A DNA stretch of 64,000 bases from Adineta vaga (Eukaryota > Animalia > Rotifera): positions 12,152,001 to 12,216,000 of the forward strand of contig CP075495.1 of NCBI GenBank assembly GCA_021613535.1, in the 5' to 3' direction. Made by a program: the position numbers and the translations under genes. The notes below the pieces were generated by a model. The model made no database searches, had not been told where the DNA came from, and saw only the letters and a list, made by a program, of their open reading frames with translations. Shown here piece by piece: positions 13,401 through 28,364 of this stretch; position 1 is the stretch's first letter; each line of letters begins with the position of its first letter.

Positions 13401-16400
13401 TGGCGCCGACATTACTTCGCTGCCCACATTTATCGTTGAGTGGTTGCGCCTTTCATTTTCTCTCCCTCTCCCTCTCTCTCTCTCTCATTTCTTTTACGTC
13501 CACTATATTTGATTCATTAAAATATTTTCTCTTTCTACTATTAGTACTTCTCGTTTGCTTGTCATTATTGATGTGTGAGCAATAGAAGAAGGAAATGAGA
13601 AGAGAGAACGATGTTGAAATATGTCACTTGTCTAATTTTAGTTGGACTCTTTTGACAAGTATATATGTGCTATTTTAAATCGTACATGATGTATGTGTTC
13701 AATCACGCACATCTGTAAAAAATCAAACAAAACACAATTTACCAAGGATAAGAAGACGTTCGCAATCATTATGTATATATCAATATACGTGTATATGTGT
13801 GTGTGATGACAATAGTGGCGATCATTGTATTGATAACAAAAGTTGACCATTTTTTCCTTTTACTAAAAATGATATGTCGTTTTTCTATTATTTTTTAATG
13901 GCAAGGTTACTTCCGTTGTTCTCTTGTCAACGATCGTCAATCGGCATATATACTTATATGTATATATATATAAGAAAAGAAATCCCCAATTGATTAATTT
14001 TTATAGTAGGTTATTGTAGTCGAAGAGCTCGATCATTGCATCATCTATGGCTTTCGTTTGCATTTTCTTTCTTCTTTTTCTTCTCTCTGTACAATAGCAA
14101 GTCATCAAAGCTGACAAGTGAATACAAATCATTCTATGTAACTAGATCTAATCAGGTACAATTTACTCATTGATATTATTGATAAGCAATAAACAACTTG
14201 CCATGCTGATTAGTTTTCATATATCTTCTATCACTAGATTGGTTTCTTTTTTTTATGAGTATATATATATATATATTCAAAAAATATCGAATTGAAGAGA
14301 AAAATGTACGTGAGTAAAACAATGAAATTGAAAAGATGAGCGATTACGATAAGTAAACTTCGTTCGTCGATATATGTATATACGATTGATTGAAAGTATA
14401 CGGTAGTTCTAACACTTAAACATATGAGACAAAGAAAGAAAAGAAATGCTGTTATTGTTGTTGCTTAATTCTTGTTCAAGAAAAAAAAGAAACGAATCAA
14501 TGAGAATCTACTTTGATCAACGAACTATACTTTAATGGTTTGATGTCTTGTCGATGGTTGTTATCGTGTGGACATATACACATCGAAGTGAGTTACACAA
14601 TCTAGACAAACTCTTCGAAGAATTTCATCAGACGGACAAAAATATTTTTCTTTCAATGATAAAATTGAACTAATTCAATGGATTAACCAATGAAATATGT
14701 TTTAAAAAGATAGCGTGTGAATTTAACTTCATACAAATCTTTCCTAACGAGAAAGAAAAGAATAGTTGATTTGATTTTGTAAAGGTTATTCAAAGATATA
14801 ATTGTTCAATAGAATATGTGTAATATGATCAATGCACAACTGACATAAAAAAGATAAGATATTTTTTGGTTCATCAACCGTCAAAGAAGAAGAAGAAGAA
14901 GCAGACGATGAGCAAATAGTAAATACTTTTGATGATTTTGTTTTCTTTCCAGGAAACCTTTTATTGATATGAAGAAGATGAAGACATGAAATATTCTAGA
15001 TTCATTTACCCTAAGAATATTAATTAATACATAATGATCTCTTGTTCAGCTCATTTTTTTTCTTCATCTTAGCCGTTGACAGGTCAAGGTAGTATGATGA
15101 AATGGAAGTCCATCTGTTCTTTCTTCAGTAACACATATGTCGTGTAAAGTATTGCGTGAATGACTACAGCGCAATTAGATTATTCAAGAACATAATCAAG
15201 AAAATAGAACTTATTTTTCATTGATCAAGTGCACGAACTAACTAATTAATTTCTCTAGCAAGGAGGGAAAAAAAGAAAGAAAACCAGAATTATCTCCAAG
15301 GATTGAATTTAATCATCGGTAAACTTGTGATATGTTCGACAGCGCACAAAAAAATGATTGATTAGTAATCAATATTATGTCAGACATAAATAAATTAGTT
15401 CCATTATGATGTCTGTCATTTCTTTTTGGTGTTAAAATATATTCATGTTCGTTTAGTTTTGTATGAAGATAAAGCAAAGAAGTATGATCATTCAAATGAT
15501 TATATGTATATCTGAACTTGTTTATATAGTTGAAAGGTATATCTATGATTTATTGGTATGAATAAGAACAAAAAAAAACAATGTATGATATAAGGTTTCT
15601 ATTATTGAATGAAATTGAATAAAATTACAATCTGTTGAATGTTTTCAATATCTTAAAATGTTTTTCTACGAAAGTAATGATAGACAGGTTTCACTTTCAA
15701 ATAGCTGATCTTGTTTTGATAAGATATGAATATATATATATATATATATGTAAGAAAACTGTCGTTGATTATTTAAATAAAAACAATAGTCGACGATAGG
15801 TTGATAACCTATAGTGTTTGTAAATCAATTTATTACTCTATTCAATGAATTTATAATTTGAATATTATTGTCTAGCGGATATAGTTCATAATATTTATGA
15901 TACATTTGCATATTTTCTTCTATTATTTAAATGCTAATCAAACAATTGAAATCAATGAATATTATAACATAGAATACATCTATTGAATATTAAGTTTACA
16001 TATAGACGACATGAGATCGAAAAGATTTCGTATAGAAATTTATCGATGGAATTGATTATATTCGATACTAAATTTATGATCTATTTTAGAAATTAGCAAT
16101 GAAAATCAAGTTGAACTCTGTGTCGCTACGAAACCAGAAAGACATGATTTTGATATGAAAATTTCTCGTACTATTGATTTATGTACAGATGAAATGGTTG
16201 AGTGCAAGGTGAAAGAAAGAAAAAAACTCGACCTAATACACTTCAAACAAAATTTGAAGTGTTAGTGACGTACGTATGAAGTAGGCAAATCTTTTCTTTT
16301 GAAAAAAGAAAGAATATACTGTGTAGAATTATTTGGGTTCCTACAATTGATTTCCTAATGTTTTTCTTTACTTTTGGAATGATTGCACAATTTTGAGATT

Positions 16401-16922
16401 TCTTAAGAAGAAATTATTGTTCAAGGAAATGAAATAATACAACCAGTTCATATATTCTGTCTACTATTCGATTTCTGATCAAGGCCGATTTTCATATCTG
16501 AACAGCCATCTATAGAATCAATTGCTGTTAATAAACCAGCGTCCTCTTTCGTTACTATCGTATAATTTACTTACACGAATAAGAAATATTTTGTGTATTT
16601 AATATAAATATACATTTTTTCTGCATGCATACATTCGACATCTTTTTTTTCGATTTACATACTTCTTTTTATCGATCTGAAAAGAATAGAATAACAAAAA
16701 AAAACTCTTGCATTCAGTTTTTTTTATTTGTTGAATAAAAAGCCAAATGAAGTTTATATTTGTTCGTTCGCCACCAACATTACAAATGATTCATGATTCT
16801 CATAAGAAAAAAAGTCCAATACCGAACAATTCTTTCCCGTTATATTCTCGATGCGTTTCCTTCGAAACGTTATAAGAACAAGTAAAAAGCAATGTTAAAA
16901 TGACAAGATCTTTTTAGTTAAC

Positions 16923-19553
16923 ATGAAATCAACAGAAGTAAAATGCGCTGAAAAGAAAAATTTTATCTCCTAGTTATTGTGTTCTGTATCTTTAGCCTAA
17001 TCTAGCAAATGGTGGAATTTCTAAACCAGCCCTTTATCCTGTGGAACCATCGATGGTAGTTAATGATCCAAAAGTTCCTGAAGCACATTTAACTGATCTT
17101 GTTTCGTAAGTTATGAATCAAACATGATGTTTTATTTGTTTCATTACTATCAGAGCTGTTCAATATGGTTATTATGATCGTGTAGTAGAATTAATTGAAC
17201 CTGCTCCACAGCTCGCTTCAACACCTGTGGATGGAAATATAACATTACTTCATTGGGCAGCAATTAATAATCGAATTGAAATAGCGAAATATTTAATTAA
17301 TAAACGAGCAGATGTCAATGCTATCGGTGGAGAATTAAATTCAACACCATTACATTGGGCTACACGTGATGGTAAACTTGAAATGGTTATTTTTCTTCTA
17401 TCTCAACAAGCAGACGCATCATTATTCGATGGTGAAGGTAAATCTATAATAGAACTAGAAAAAATAAATAGCATTTTGAATCTCTTTTGTGTAAAACAAG
17501 GTTTTTCATCTTTACATCTGGCAAGTATGTTTGGTCATACAGCTATTGTTGCGTATCTAATTGCAAAAGGACAAGAAATAGATCTTCCGGATAAACACGG
17601 CATGACATCTCTAATGCATGCTGTTAGTCGAACTAGATCTCGTGATCCAACTCAATTACTTGTTCGGTAAATTGACATCCGAGTATTTTTTTGTTAGGAA
17701 AAGAGTCTAATTATGGAAATTTTAGACTTGGTTCTCAAATTAATTATCAAAATCTAACGAATGGATTTACAGCACTTCATTATGCAATTATTGCAGCAAA
17801 TAGAGATGTTATTCAAATGTTACTCACAGCTGGTGCAAGTACTGATATACGAAATTCTCATGTAAAGATTTTAGATAATAAGAAAAGTGTAGAAAGATTT
17901 TTTCATCTTTGCATTAGAATGAAACGCCATATGATCTTGCAACAAGAGCATCGGAAAGTCGATATTTAATACATCTTTTATCACAAAATCAATTACTCAA
18001 TCCTCGTTTACCTAAATCTTTACAATTTCATAAATCAACTCGACGTTTAGGAACAAAACTTTCACCCTATTTTGGTCTATTCTTTGTTGCCTGTTTATTT
18101 CAATGGAATATCTCATTAATTTATAAAGGTGTTTTACTTTTCGTCTTATTCATTGTATCAAAAGGATATATCATGTAAGTCATTTTAATAAAACAAAACT
18201 TTGTTATTTTTATCTAAATGATATATTTTAGGATATTCTATGATAATGATGTCGATCGAAATCTACCCATATCTATAGCACAAGCATCCATCTTTTGGCT
18301 ATACATTTGTTACTTTTATTACATTGTACCAAGTAAAATTCAAATACAAATAATAATTATTTCCTCTTATGAATTGTTGTTATCATTTAGATATACCTGT
18401 AACATTATGGTTAATGATTTTGATTGTTATTTGCACCTATCTTTCGTGGAGTAATTATTATCTTGCAGAAAAACGTGATCCAGGCTTTATTACTGGAAAT
18501 CGTGAGCAGTTATATCGAGTATAAAGACAGATTCGATAAGAATGTCAAATAAGGAATTTGTTATTTTAGATCATTATTCAATTAGTGGAACAAAATTCAT
18601 TTGATGATACGAATTTTTGTTCGGCATGTCTTATACAACGACCGATTCGATCAAAGCATTGTAAAGAATGTCGAAGATGTGTTGCAAAATTTGATCATCA
18701 TTGTCCTGTAAGTATTTCAAATAATATAGAGATGTTGAGAAGCGTATAAAAAATAGGGCGGAATCATTCATGATTGAACTGAATAGTAAAATAAACATTT
18801 AATCATTTTCAAGTGTTAAAACCTTAGAAGAACATCAAAATATATGTTTTGTAAGATAATTGGAAAAAGCATACCTTATAAAATTATCTTCCCGACTGTA
18901 TCACTCATTTTCTATTCATTTTTAGTGGATTGATAATTGTGTTGGTGAAAAAAATCTTCGCTATTTTGTTGGTTTTCTATTCTTTACACCTTTATGTCTC
19001 GCATTATATCTATATGGTGCATATCTATGTAAGTTTTCTAGTTGATATCATATTTATCAAAACAAAATTTTATGTAACTTAGATTATCGATATCACTGTC
19101 ATTTATTCGCATCAGAAACAATATTACAAGGTTTAACAACAGCTTTTACGTGTAAACCTGCTGTTCTTTTATTTACTGGACTTGCATTTTTGCATATAAC
19201 TTGGATAAGTGGATTATGTTTAACAATTCTCTTTCAGGTACAATAAACTTTCTAATGATTAATTCGTTTAATTTTTCCTTCTCAAGATTGCAAATGGTTA
19301 CACAACGAATGAAAAAATGAATTATTGGCGTTATCAATATCTTCGATCAAATCTTCGTAGTCCATTTTCATTCGGATATGTACAAAATTTAGTAGATTTA
19401 ATTAATCGATCAATATGTGGATATTCACCAATTATACTTGACTGGTCAAGGATCTATTCACTTGATGATTTTCATGACAATATCCCAATACGAATACGAC
19501 AAAAGATGAATTTATCATCGGTGAAGTCTTCAACAGATTTCTCGAATGTTTAA
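16923..19553 (+). CDS. ZDHHC17: Ankyrin-repeat DHHC palmitoyltransferase (HIP14/ZDHHC17-ZDHHC13 family), multi-exon
   Basis: Ankyrin repeats [33 protein letters not shown] and TALHYAI. The [38 protein letters not shown]|[14 protein letters not shown] lies at 18613-18966, followed by TTNE and SPF motifs. Start MKSTE at 16923 is spliced via intron 16938-16995. Confidence 0.93.
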
Positions 19554-19606
19554 ATGAAATGTGATAAAGCATTTGTTGATTTGTTTGTTTGCTTTTGATA
19601 TGATAA

Positions 19607-19632
19607 TATATATATATATATATATATATATT
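19607..19632. repeat. (AT)n microsatellite; similar tracts occur near 1665, 14260 and 15730
   Basis: Uninterrupted AT dinucleotide run in the ZDHHC17 3' region. Confidence 0.85.
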
Positions 19633-20173
19633 ATTCTTATTTTAAGCAACAATCGCTAGAATGAAATGTGTGATGAAAATGATATCCTTTGCTTCGCTTT
19701 TCTATTCAATAAAAGGCTTTGTGTGCTTGTAATGAGAATTGTTGTATAGATTTGATTTGAACAAGAATCTATTGCTTTTTGTGATTAATGGACAATGTCG
19801 GACATCCGTTTGCTTTTTGTTAACAAAATATCCGAAAGCATGCGCAAAACGGATTGATATGCTTCTCTTTTATTCGTTTGTATCTTTCTGTACGATTAAT
19901 TAGGAGTTTTCATTTTATTTGATGTGTCTGTGTCATTTTTTTTATTTCGCATATTGTAATCTCTATTGATTTGTGATTATTATTTTAAAAATGCTCTGAC
20001 TCATTACGTCTCTTAAATTGCATACGGTTCGAATGAATGATTCAGACAAATATAGTTGCATTTAGACATAGATTTTTCTTTTCCTTTGATCGAACAGAGA
20101 TACTAGTTGGAGTTATTCGACCGAAACGACTATTCTCTTTTTTTTATTTTCTTTCTTTCATTTTAGATATTTC

Positions 20174-22035
20174 ATGAGTATGTCTAATAGACGAACTATT
20201 GATAATAATCTGTCGTCGTCTTCATTTCATGGTAATACGAGACAGATGACGCATAGTATTCATCAACAAGTACATATGCAAGAATTGGTTCGAGGTTTAC
20301 CAGCAATTTTTACTGATCAACAAATTAAACGTTTAAAAGAACATAAATATGCATCAGAAGGTACAACTTTACTTGATCCATATATGCAAATATTCTGGAA
20401 ACGTCTTGTGGAATATTGTCCACTATGGGTAGCACCAAATCTTCTAACAATCATTGGTCTAGTATTAAATATTGGAACTAGTGTATCATTATTGATTTTA
20501 ACAGATGGTGCCAAAGAACAGGTAAAGAAAATCTTTCTGCTATAAATCATAAGGCGAGAAAAGTAAGATATGTTTTGATTTAGTGTACACGATGGATGTA
20601 TCTTTTGACAGCACTTGGTGTTTTTATTTATCAATCACTTGATGCAATTGATGGTAAACAAGCACGTCGAACAGATTCATCAACACCATTAGGTGAATTA
20701 TTTGATCATGGATGTGATTCCGTTTCAACAGGTAATGTCATTTTTCTAATCAATATCTTTTCTATTTTGCTTTCATTTTCTTTAGTATTTGTTACTCTCG
20801 CATTTTGTTGTGCAACACAACTCGGTGTTTATCCATGGTTAATGTTTTGGTGTTGTATGTTTTCATATGTTATTTTTTATTGTGCACATTGGCAAACATA
20901 TGTTACTGGAAAACTTCGATTTGCTAAGTAGAATCTTCTTCATTTTCGATTTACACATCATCGATCGATTTATTTAGATTTGATTGTACAGAAGCTCAGT
21001 TTTTCTTCCTCTTTGTCTGTATGTTAACGGTCATTTCACCAGCGTTTTGGACAATATCGGTTGGTAATTTACGGAATTATGCTTCATTCAACGTATAGTT
21101 TTATTTCATTCTATAAGATACCGATTGTTCATATTGAATTTCGTGTTTTTGCTGCATTGGCAATGATCATTTCCGGTCTATGTAATGCAGCTAAAAACGT
21201 CTATACCATATCACAGGGTGGTTGTGGAAGAAATTCTTCATCAATAGCTGTATGTATTGATTCTATATTTTCTTTTTTCAATATTGATTTAAATATTTTG
21301 TTTCTTTTCAAACAAAGGGCACAAGTATAATTTTTCCAGCATGGCCAATTAGTTTTCTTATATTTCTTGCATTTATTGCTTCTTCTCATTCGTTATCAAC
21401 TGCACTTCAACAACATACTGCATTGCATTTACTTTGTTATGGAATTGTTTTTTCAAAAATTACAAACCGATTAATTGTAAGTGAATGTAAACTTAAGAGA
21501 TAATTTTCTTCTTACAATCTTCTTCTTCTTCTAGGTCGCTCATATGTCAAAAAGTGCTTTGAATGCTTGGGACCATGCTTATCTTGGTCCGATTGTATTT
21601 TGTATTAATCAATATTTTGGTTGTTGTATTTCAGAGCATAAAGTACTCTGGGCTTTTCTTGTAAGTTAAAACAATGATGAACGATGTTCCTTTTTTCTTA
21701 ACGACAATTTTTTTTCATCGTGCAAGAAAGAGAAAGAAATGAAAAGATTTCTTGTAATTAATGTATGTAGTTCAAATATTGAAAAATGATTTGGTCAAGG
21801 TAAACTAAGATTAAAGTATTATACATGTATTATAAGAAGAATATTCTTTTCATATGAAGATTATCATTCAAAAATTCAATCGTTTATTCATTTTTTCTTC
21901 TCTGTTTAGATTTTCAGTTTAGCTGATTTACTTCGATATAATATCAAAGTATGTCAAGAATTATGTGACGCATTAAATATCCACTGTTTTCGAATCAAAA
22001 CACCGGCAAACATCAAGTCTGATGTTACTCATTAG
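20174..22035 (+). CDS. CEPT1: Choline/ethanolamine phosphotransferase (CEPT1/CHPT1), multi-exon
   Basis: [19 protein letters not shown] and the CDP-alcohol phosphotransferase motif [26 protein letters not shown] are present, followed by [12 protein letters not shown] and [14 protein letters not shown]. The last exon is 21910-22035 and ends in TAG. Confidence 0.95.
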
Positions 22036-22334
22036 AAAGATCAAAATATCTACTTCTTTTCTAATTTCTATGTCCAAGTCTCACATATTTCTTCCTATCA
22101 AAACGTTTTGACCTGTGCCTTTAATTTTTTTCCGTTTTTGTTTTGTGGCTTATTGTTATATCATTAGAGATATTATCGTAATATTTAATTTATTATCCTA
22201 CTCGTATCTTTCGATAAAAAAAAAGCAAAATGCAATACTCAAAAGAAGAAACTAAACGATATTTTTGTTTGTTGCCTACTTAAATAGATTTATAGATATT
22301 TTTAGATCAATATATATATATATTCTCTTTTTCC

Positions 22335-23640
22335 ATGTCGGAAGAAAATGAACCTACAACATTTGAAGAAGCTTATGAACGTTATATTGAATATCGAACA
22401 CGCTTTGAACGTTTAGAAAATGAATTCGATGAATATCAACAATCATCATTAAATTATGAACAAGAATTAGAAGTTCAATTGAAACAATTAGATAATCAAG
22501 CACATCGTTATCAACAAGAATTATTTGTTGAACGAGCACAAAATGAGCAATATCGTGAACGTACTGAACAAACTATTAAACAATTCGATAAACGTTTCGA
22601 TCAAATTCAAGACGAATTGAATGCATGTAAAAATTTAAATGAAAAATTAACACATTATATACGAGAATTAGAACAAACAAACGATGATCTTGAACGAAGT
22701 AAAAGAAATATTAATAGCAAATAGAAATTTTTCTTCTTCTTCTTTTCTTTAAGGCAAACGAACATTATTGGATAGTTTATCAACATTTGAAACAAGACTT
22801 AATCGAGCATTAGAGCAGAATGCTTTATTAGAAAATGAACTTGATGAAAAGCAACAAGTATTTTCTTCATTTTATTAAAATATGTATGAATTTTATTTTA
22901 TTGTAATAGTTAACAGAAACTGTTCAACGATTACGTGATGAAACACGAGATTTACGTGAAGAATTAGATGTATTACATAAAACAAATATAGAAAAAATGA
23001 TGAATGCGAAAGAAACACCACATGTTAATAGTCTTCGAATGAAAAATATTCTGTCCGAAGCTGCAGCAATAACTGGAAATCTATCCCGAGATTCTAATAT
23101 TCAATCAGGTAATTCATTCTCCAAGATTTGATAAACTTTCTGATTTGATAATTAAATTAGTTAAGAATTGAAGATAAGTCTAACTAGAATTAATTCCTTA
23201 GTCGTAAACACTTTTATCAGTCATTGTTACACACAATTGAGAATTATTCTAAACATCTGTTATATATGTATATAGATATATCAAATAATGATTCACATCT
23301 TCCGTCTTCTTCACATGAACATTCAAATGGTGTTTCGATTCACAAAGTTTCAATTCCACAAGATTTTATTCATACTAGCTCGATCTCAAATGATATTCAA
23401 TCTCCAAAAGGAAGTGATTTTTATCAACCAATAACCAATTCTACTCGATTACAATCATTAAAATTAATCAATGAAGCATTTCGACGTTTTAGTTCGATTG
23501 AATCCACTCTATCCGGTCAACGAAAACGTTCTCAAATAACAACACCAATTACAGCTAATCGTTCTCGATTTAATTCAACAGCAAGTAATTCAAATTATAA
23601 TACTAATAATGATTCGAATGTAACTCAAACATCATCCTAA
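22335..23640 (+). CDS. NDEL1: Nuclear distribution protein NudE (NDE1/NDEL1) homolog
   Basis: Coiled coil EFDEYQQSSLNYEQELEVQLKQ, YIRELEQTNDDLER|SKR, RLNRALEQNALLENELDEK|..VQRLRDETRDLREEL matches the NudE signature. The Ser-rich C-terminal exon ends at 23640. Confidence 0.92.
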
Positions 23641-24362
23641 ATGATTTTCATTTTCTTTTGTTTTGTTTCTCAGATATACATATATATAGAAATTTCTATC
23701 TATTTATGTATATATTTATATATATATTTATTGATATAAAGCTATTTGTCATAATTGTTTTGATCCGAAATAAAAGAATATTTCATCCTTTTAGATGAAA
23801 TTGCTTGAAAAAAAATACTATCGAAAATATAACTTATCTAATGATTAAAAAGAAATATTCTCTATAAACATGAAAAAATATGGCTTTTCTCATTGTTAAT
23901 TCTGGATAATATCGAAGTCTTCTTTCAAGGAATTAATATCATAATCGATCTGATACATGTTAATACAGAATGAAAGATGAAAGAAGTTTCAGTTCTTTAA
24001 CTAATTAGTTTTTTACAACTATCACGATATAGAATGCCATCTATCGATGAACTTAAATTTTTATATTAAATTTTTCAATTAATTTTTTAATTATTTTTCA
24101 AAAGATTATTCAAGAAATTTCCATTAAATGAATATGAATTAAGTCGAGCGCTACATTCGTCGAATAATCAATGATAGCATTTAGCGACATATAATATTTA
24201 TCTGTTCTTCATCGATTTCCTTTCCTTTCCTTTTTTTTTCTTTTCCGTATATATCAAAAAATCTTCTTCAGTTTCTGAATAGATAAGAAAACGAAGGAAA
24301 ATAACTGAAAGACAGAAGAAAAAAAAGAAAACGATTTGACATTTCGTGAAAGATTTTAAAAA

Positions 24363-25824
24363 ATGCCCTCAACGGGCGGTGTTGTCGATTCAACAATTGT
24401 CTCGATAAGACCAATTGATGTCATTCCAACATCGAGACAACCTTCTGCAGGTACGGCAACAACAACGACAAATGCACCAGATGATCGTGAAATCTTTAAA
24501 GTAAATTTCAAAAATTCCATTATCATTCATTCTTGTTTGTTTGTTTCTATAGGCATTACATGATTGTATGAAAGATGTAGGCAAATTTCGACAATATGTT
24601 TATTATATTGGTACATCATGTGATACAACAAAATTACGAAATAAAATACAGAAACTTAAAGAACGACTTAATCGAAGTTTTTTCTATCAACGAGAATTAA
24701 TAGGAAAAGCAGCATCTACAACAGCTTCGTAAGTTGTATACGACAAAAGAAAACAACTAAACAGTCTATTCATATAATTTAGAGTTAAAAGTGAATTAGC
24801 AATGGTTAGTTTTGAAAAATGTCTATGTTTTACATTGGCATCATTAAGTTATTATGAAGATTTACTTCATAAATTTTCTATACTTCTTGTTTATTTTCCA
24901 TTAGCTAGTGGAGGTATGATCAGATGAAAATATATTCCAATGATTTGTTTATTTTTCTCGTTTAAAGATCGTACAAATGTTGTTAATTTGGGTTTTGAAG
25001 ATTCAACAATTAATGCTGATGAAGTTTCATACGAAAATCATGAAGCTGAAGAAAATGAAACAAATCGATACATTGAATTATTAAAGTAAATCAAATCTTA
25101 TTTATCGTTGAATTGAATAAATAAAAGGACGTATTTTTTTTGTCCAGTCAAATTCAATGCGTACAATCACTTCGAGAAGAAATCGAACAAATTGATGTTT
25201 ATCAATTACGAACTCATGCGACATCTTATTCAAAAGAATTCGGTAAATATTATTTAAAAAAGAAAAGAACAGAACTTTTTTCTTTTTATTTGATTGACAA
25301 TTCATTTTTTTTCTTTTGCAGTGGAAAATATGCACAAATATACAACTGAGATAACTATGGATAATCTTCAACGACAAGAAAGAAATCGTTATACACTCCG
25401 GCGTTATTTTAATGAAGAACCATCGGGAGCCGTATGTTATTGTTGTTGTTGTTATATAACATTGCATGTAGATTGAATGATATGCTTATGCTTTCTATGT
25501 TCGATTGTATTCTGTTTCGTCAGTGAATGAGAAAAGAAAAAAAAAAGGCAAACATGAAACAAGACTAGATAAAAGGTAATTTATTTTTCTTTTGCTTTTC
25601 TTTAGTCTTGTCAAGGTTATTTACTCATTCATTTTGACTATGTTTATTATGTTGAAAGTATTCTATTGATATTGATTTTCATGATTTAGGCCGGAAGGTG
25701 TTATCAACAATGTAATCGACGAAAATTTCTTTGTACACTAACAATTGTCTTGTTAGTCTTGGTGATTGTCGCTGTTATTGTAACAGTCATTGTAGCTACA
25801 AATAAAGCATCTACTGGTGGTTAA
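24363..25824 (+). CDS. RGS9BP: R7-RGS membrane anchor (R9AP/RGS9BP - R7BP/RGS7BP family, syntaxin-Habc-like); TM-anchored isoform ends 25824, Cys-tail isoform ends 25476
   Basis: Exons 24363-24500, 24553-24728, 24783-24913, 24968-25085, 25148-25242, 25322-25431 and 25690-25824 splice in frame. ALHDCMKDVGKFRQYVYYIGTSCDTTKLRNKIQK, SFEKCL and YFPL...VVNLG parallel R9AP as recalled (VGGSADSQNLRQELQK, EFERLW, AFPL...LVRTG). No SNARE motif was recognised. Confidence 0.72.
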
Positions 25825-26144
25825 CTAAGAACAGTTTTTTTTCTACGGTCAGATCAATTTTAAATTGCCGCCCGTTTTGAAGAAAAAAACGAATGAATTA
25901 GTATTCTAACTGATTGAACTTCTATTATTATTATTTTTTTGTTCTTTTTTGCTTTATCTATATTTCTTTTTTCTATATTTGTGTATATATATATATATGT
26001 ATATCCCGTCCAATGTATTACAAATTGTTTAGTTCGATTTCTAATTTATTTTAAAATACAAAACAAAATTGCTTGCTTACTTTGTATGCATATATATATA
26101 TATACATATATTGCTAATTGATGTTTTATATTTCAGATTTGATT

Positions 26145-28087
<1,943 letters not shown>

Positions 28088-28364
28088 AATAAACAGTAAA
28101 ACAGAATAGTTTCAAAGTGATTTTCTTTTGCTCAAAACCGACAACAACAGCAACAAATGGAAAAGAATTTCTATAAATTTATTTATTTATTTCTGTGTGT
28201 ATGTGTGTTTCTTTTTGTATGTTTATGATGAAAATGTGTGATATATTTGTATTTTTTATCCGGTTTGATTTGACAGTTTCTTTTCTTTTGTTCATTTTGT
28301 CAGATAGAATTAAAAAAATTCTTGCTGTTTTTAGATTTCTAAGAAAAGAGAAAAAAAAAGAATC

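Noticed and set aside
10500-16900. Short ORFs (60-105 aa) in the divergent Toll/ZDHHC17 intergenic region
   Set aside because: They are low-complexity F/K/I-rich translations of A/T runs and microsatellites, with no domain or splice coherence.
16923-25476. Functional link between the palmitoyltransferase and the nearby Cys-tailed R7BP-like isoform
   Set aside because: Proximity only; there is no sequence evidence of an enzyme-substrate relationship.
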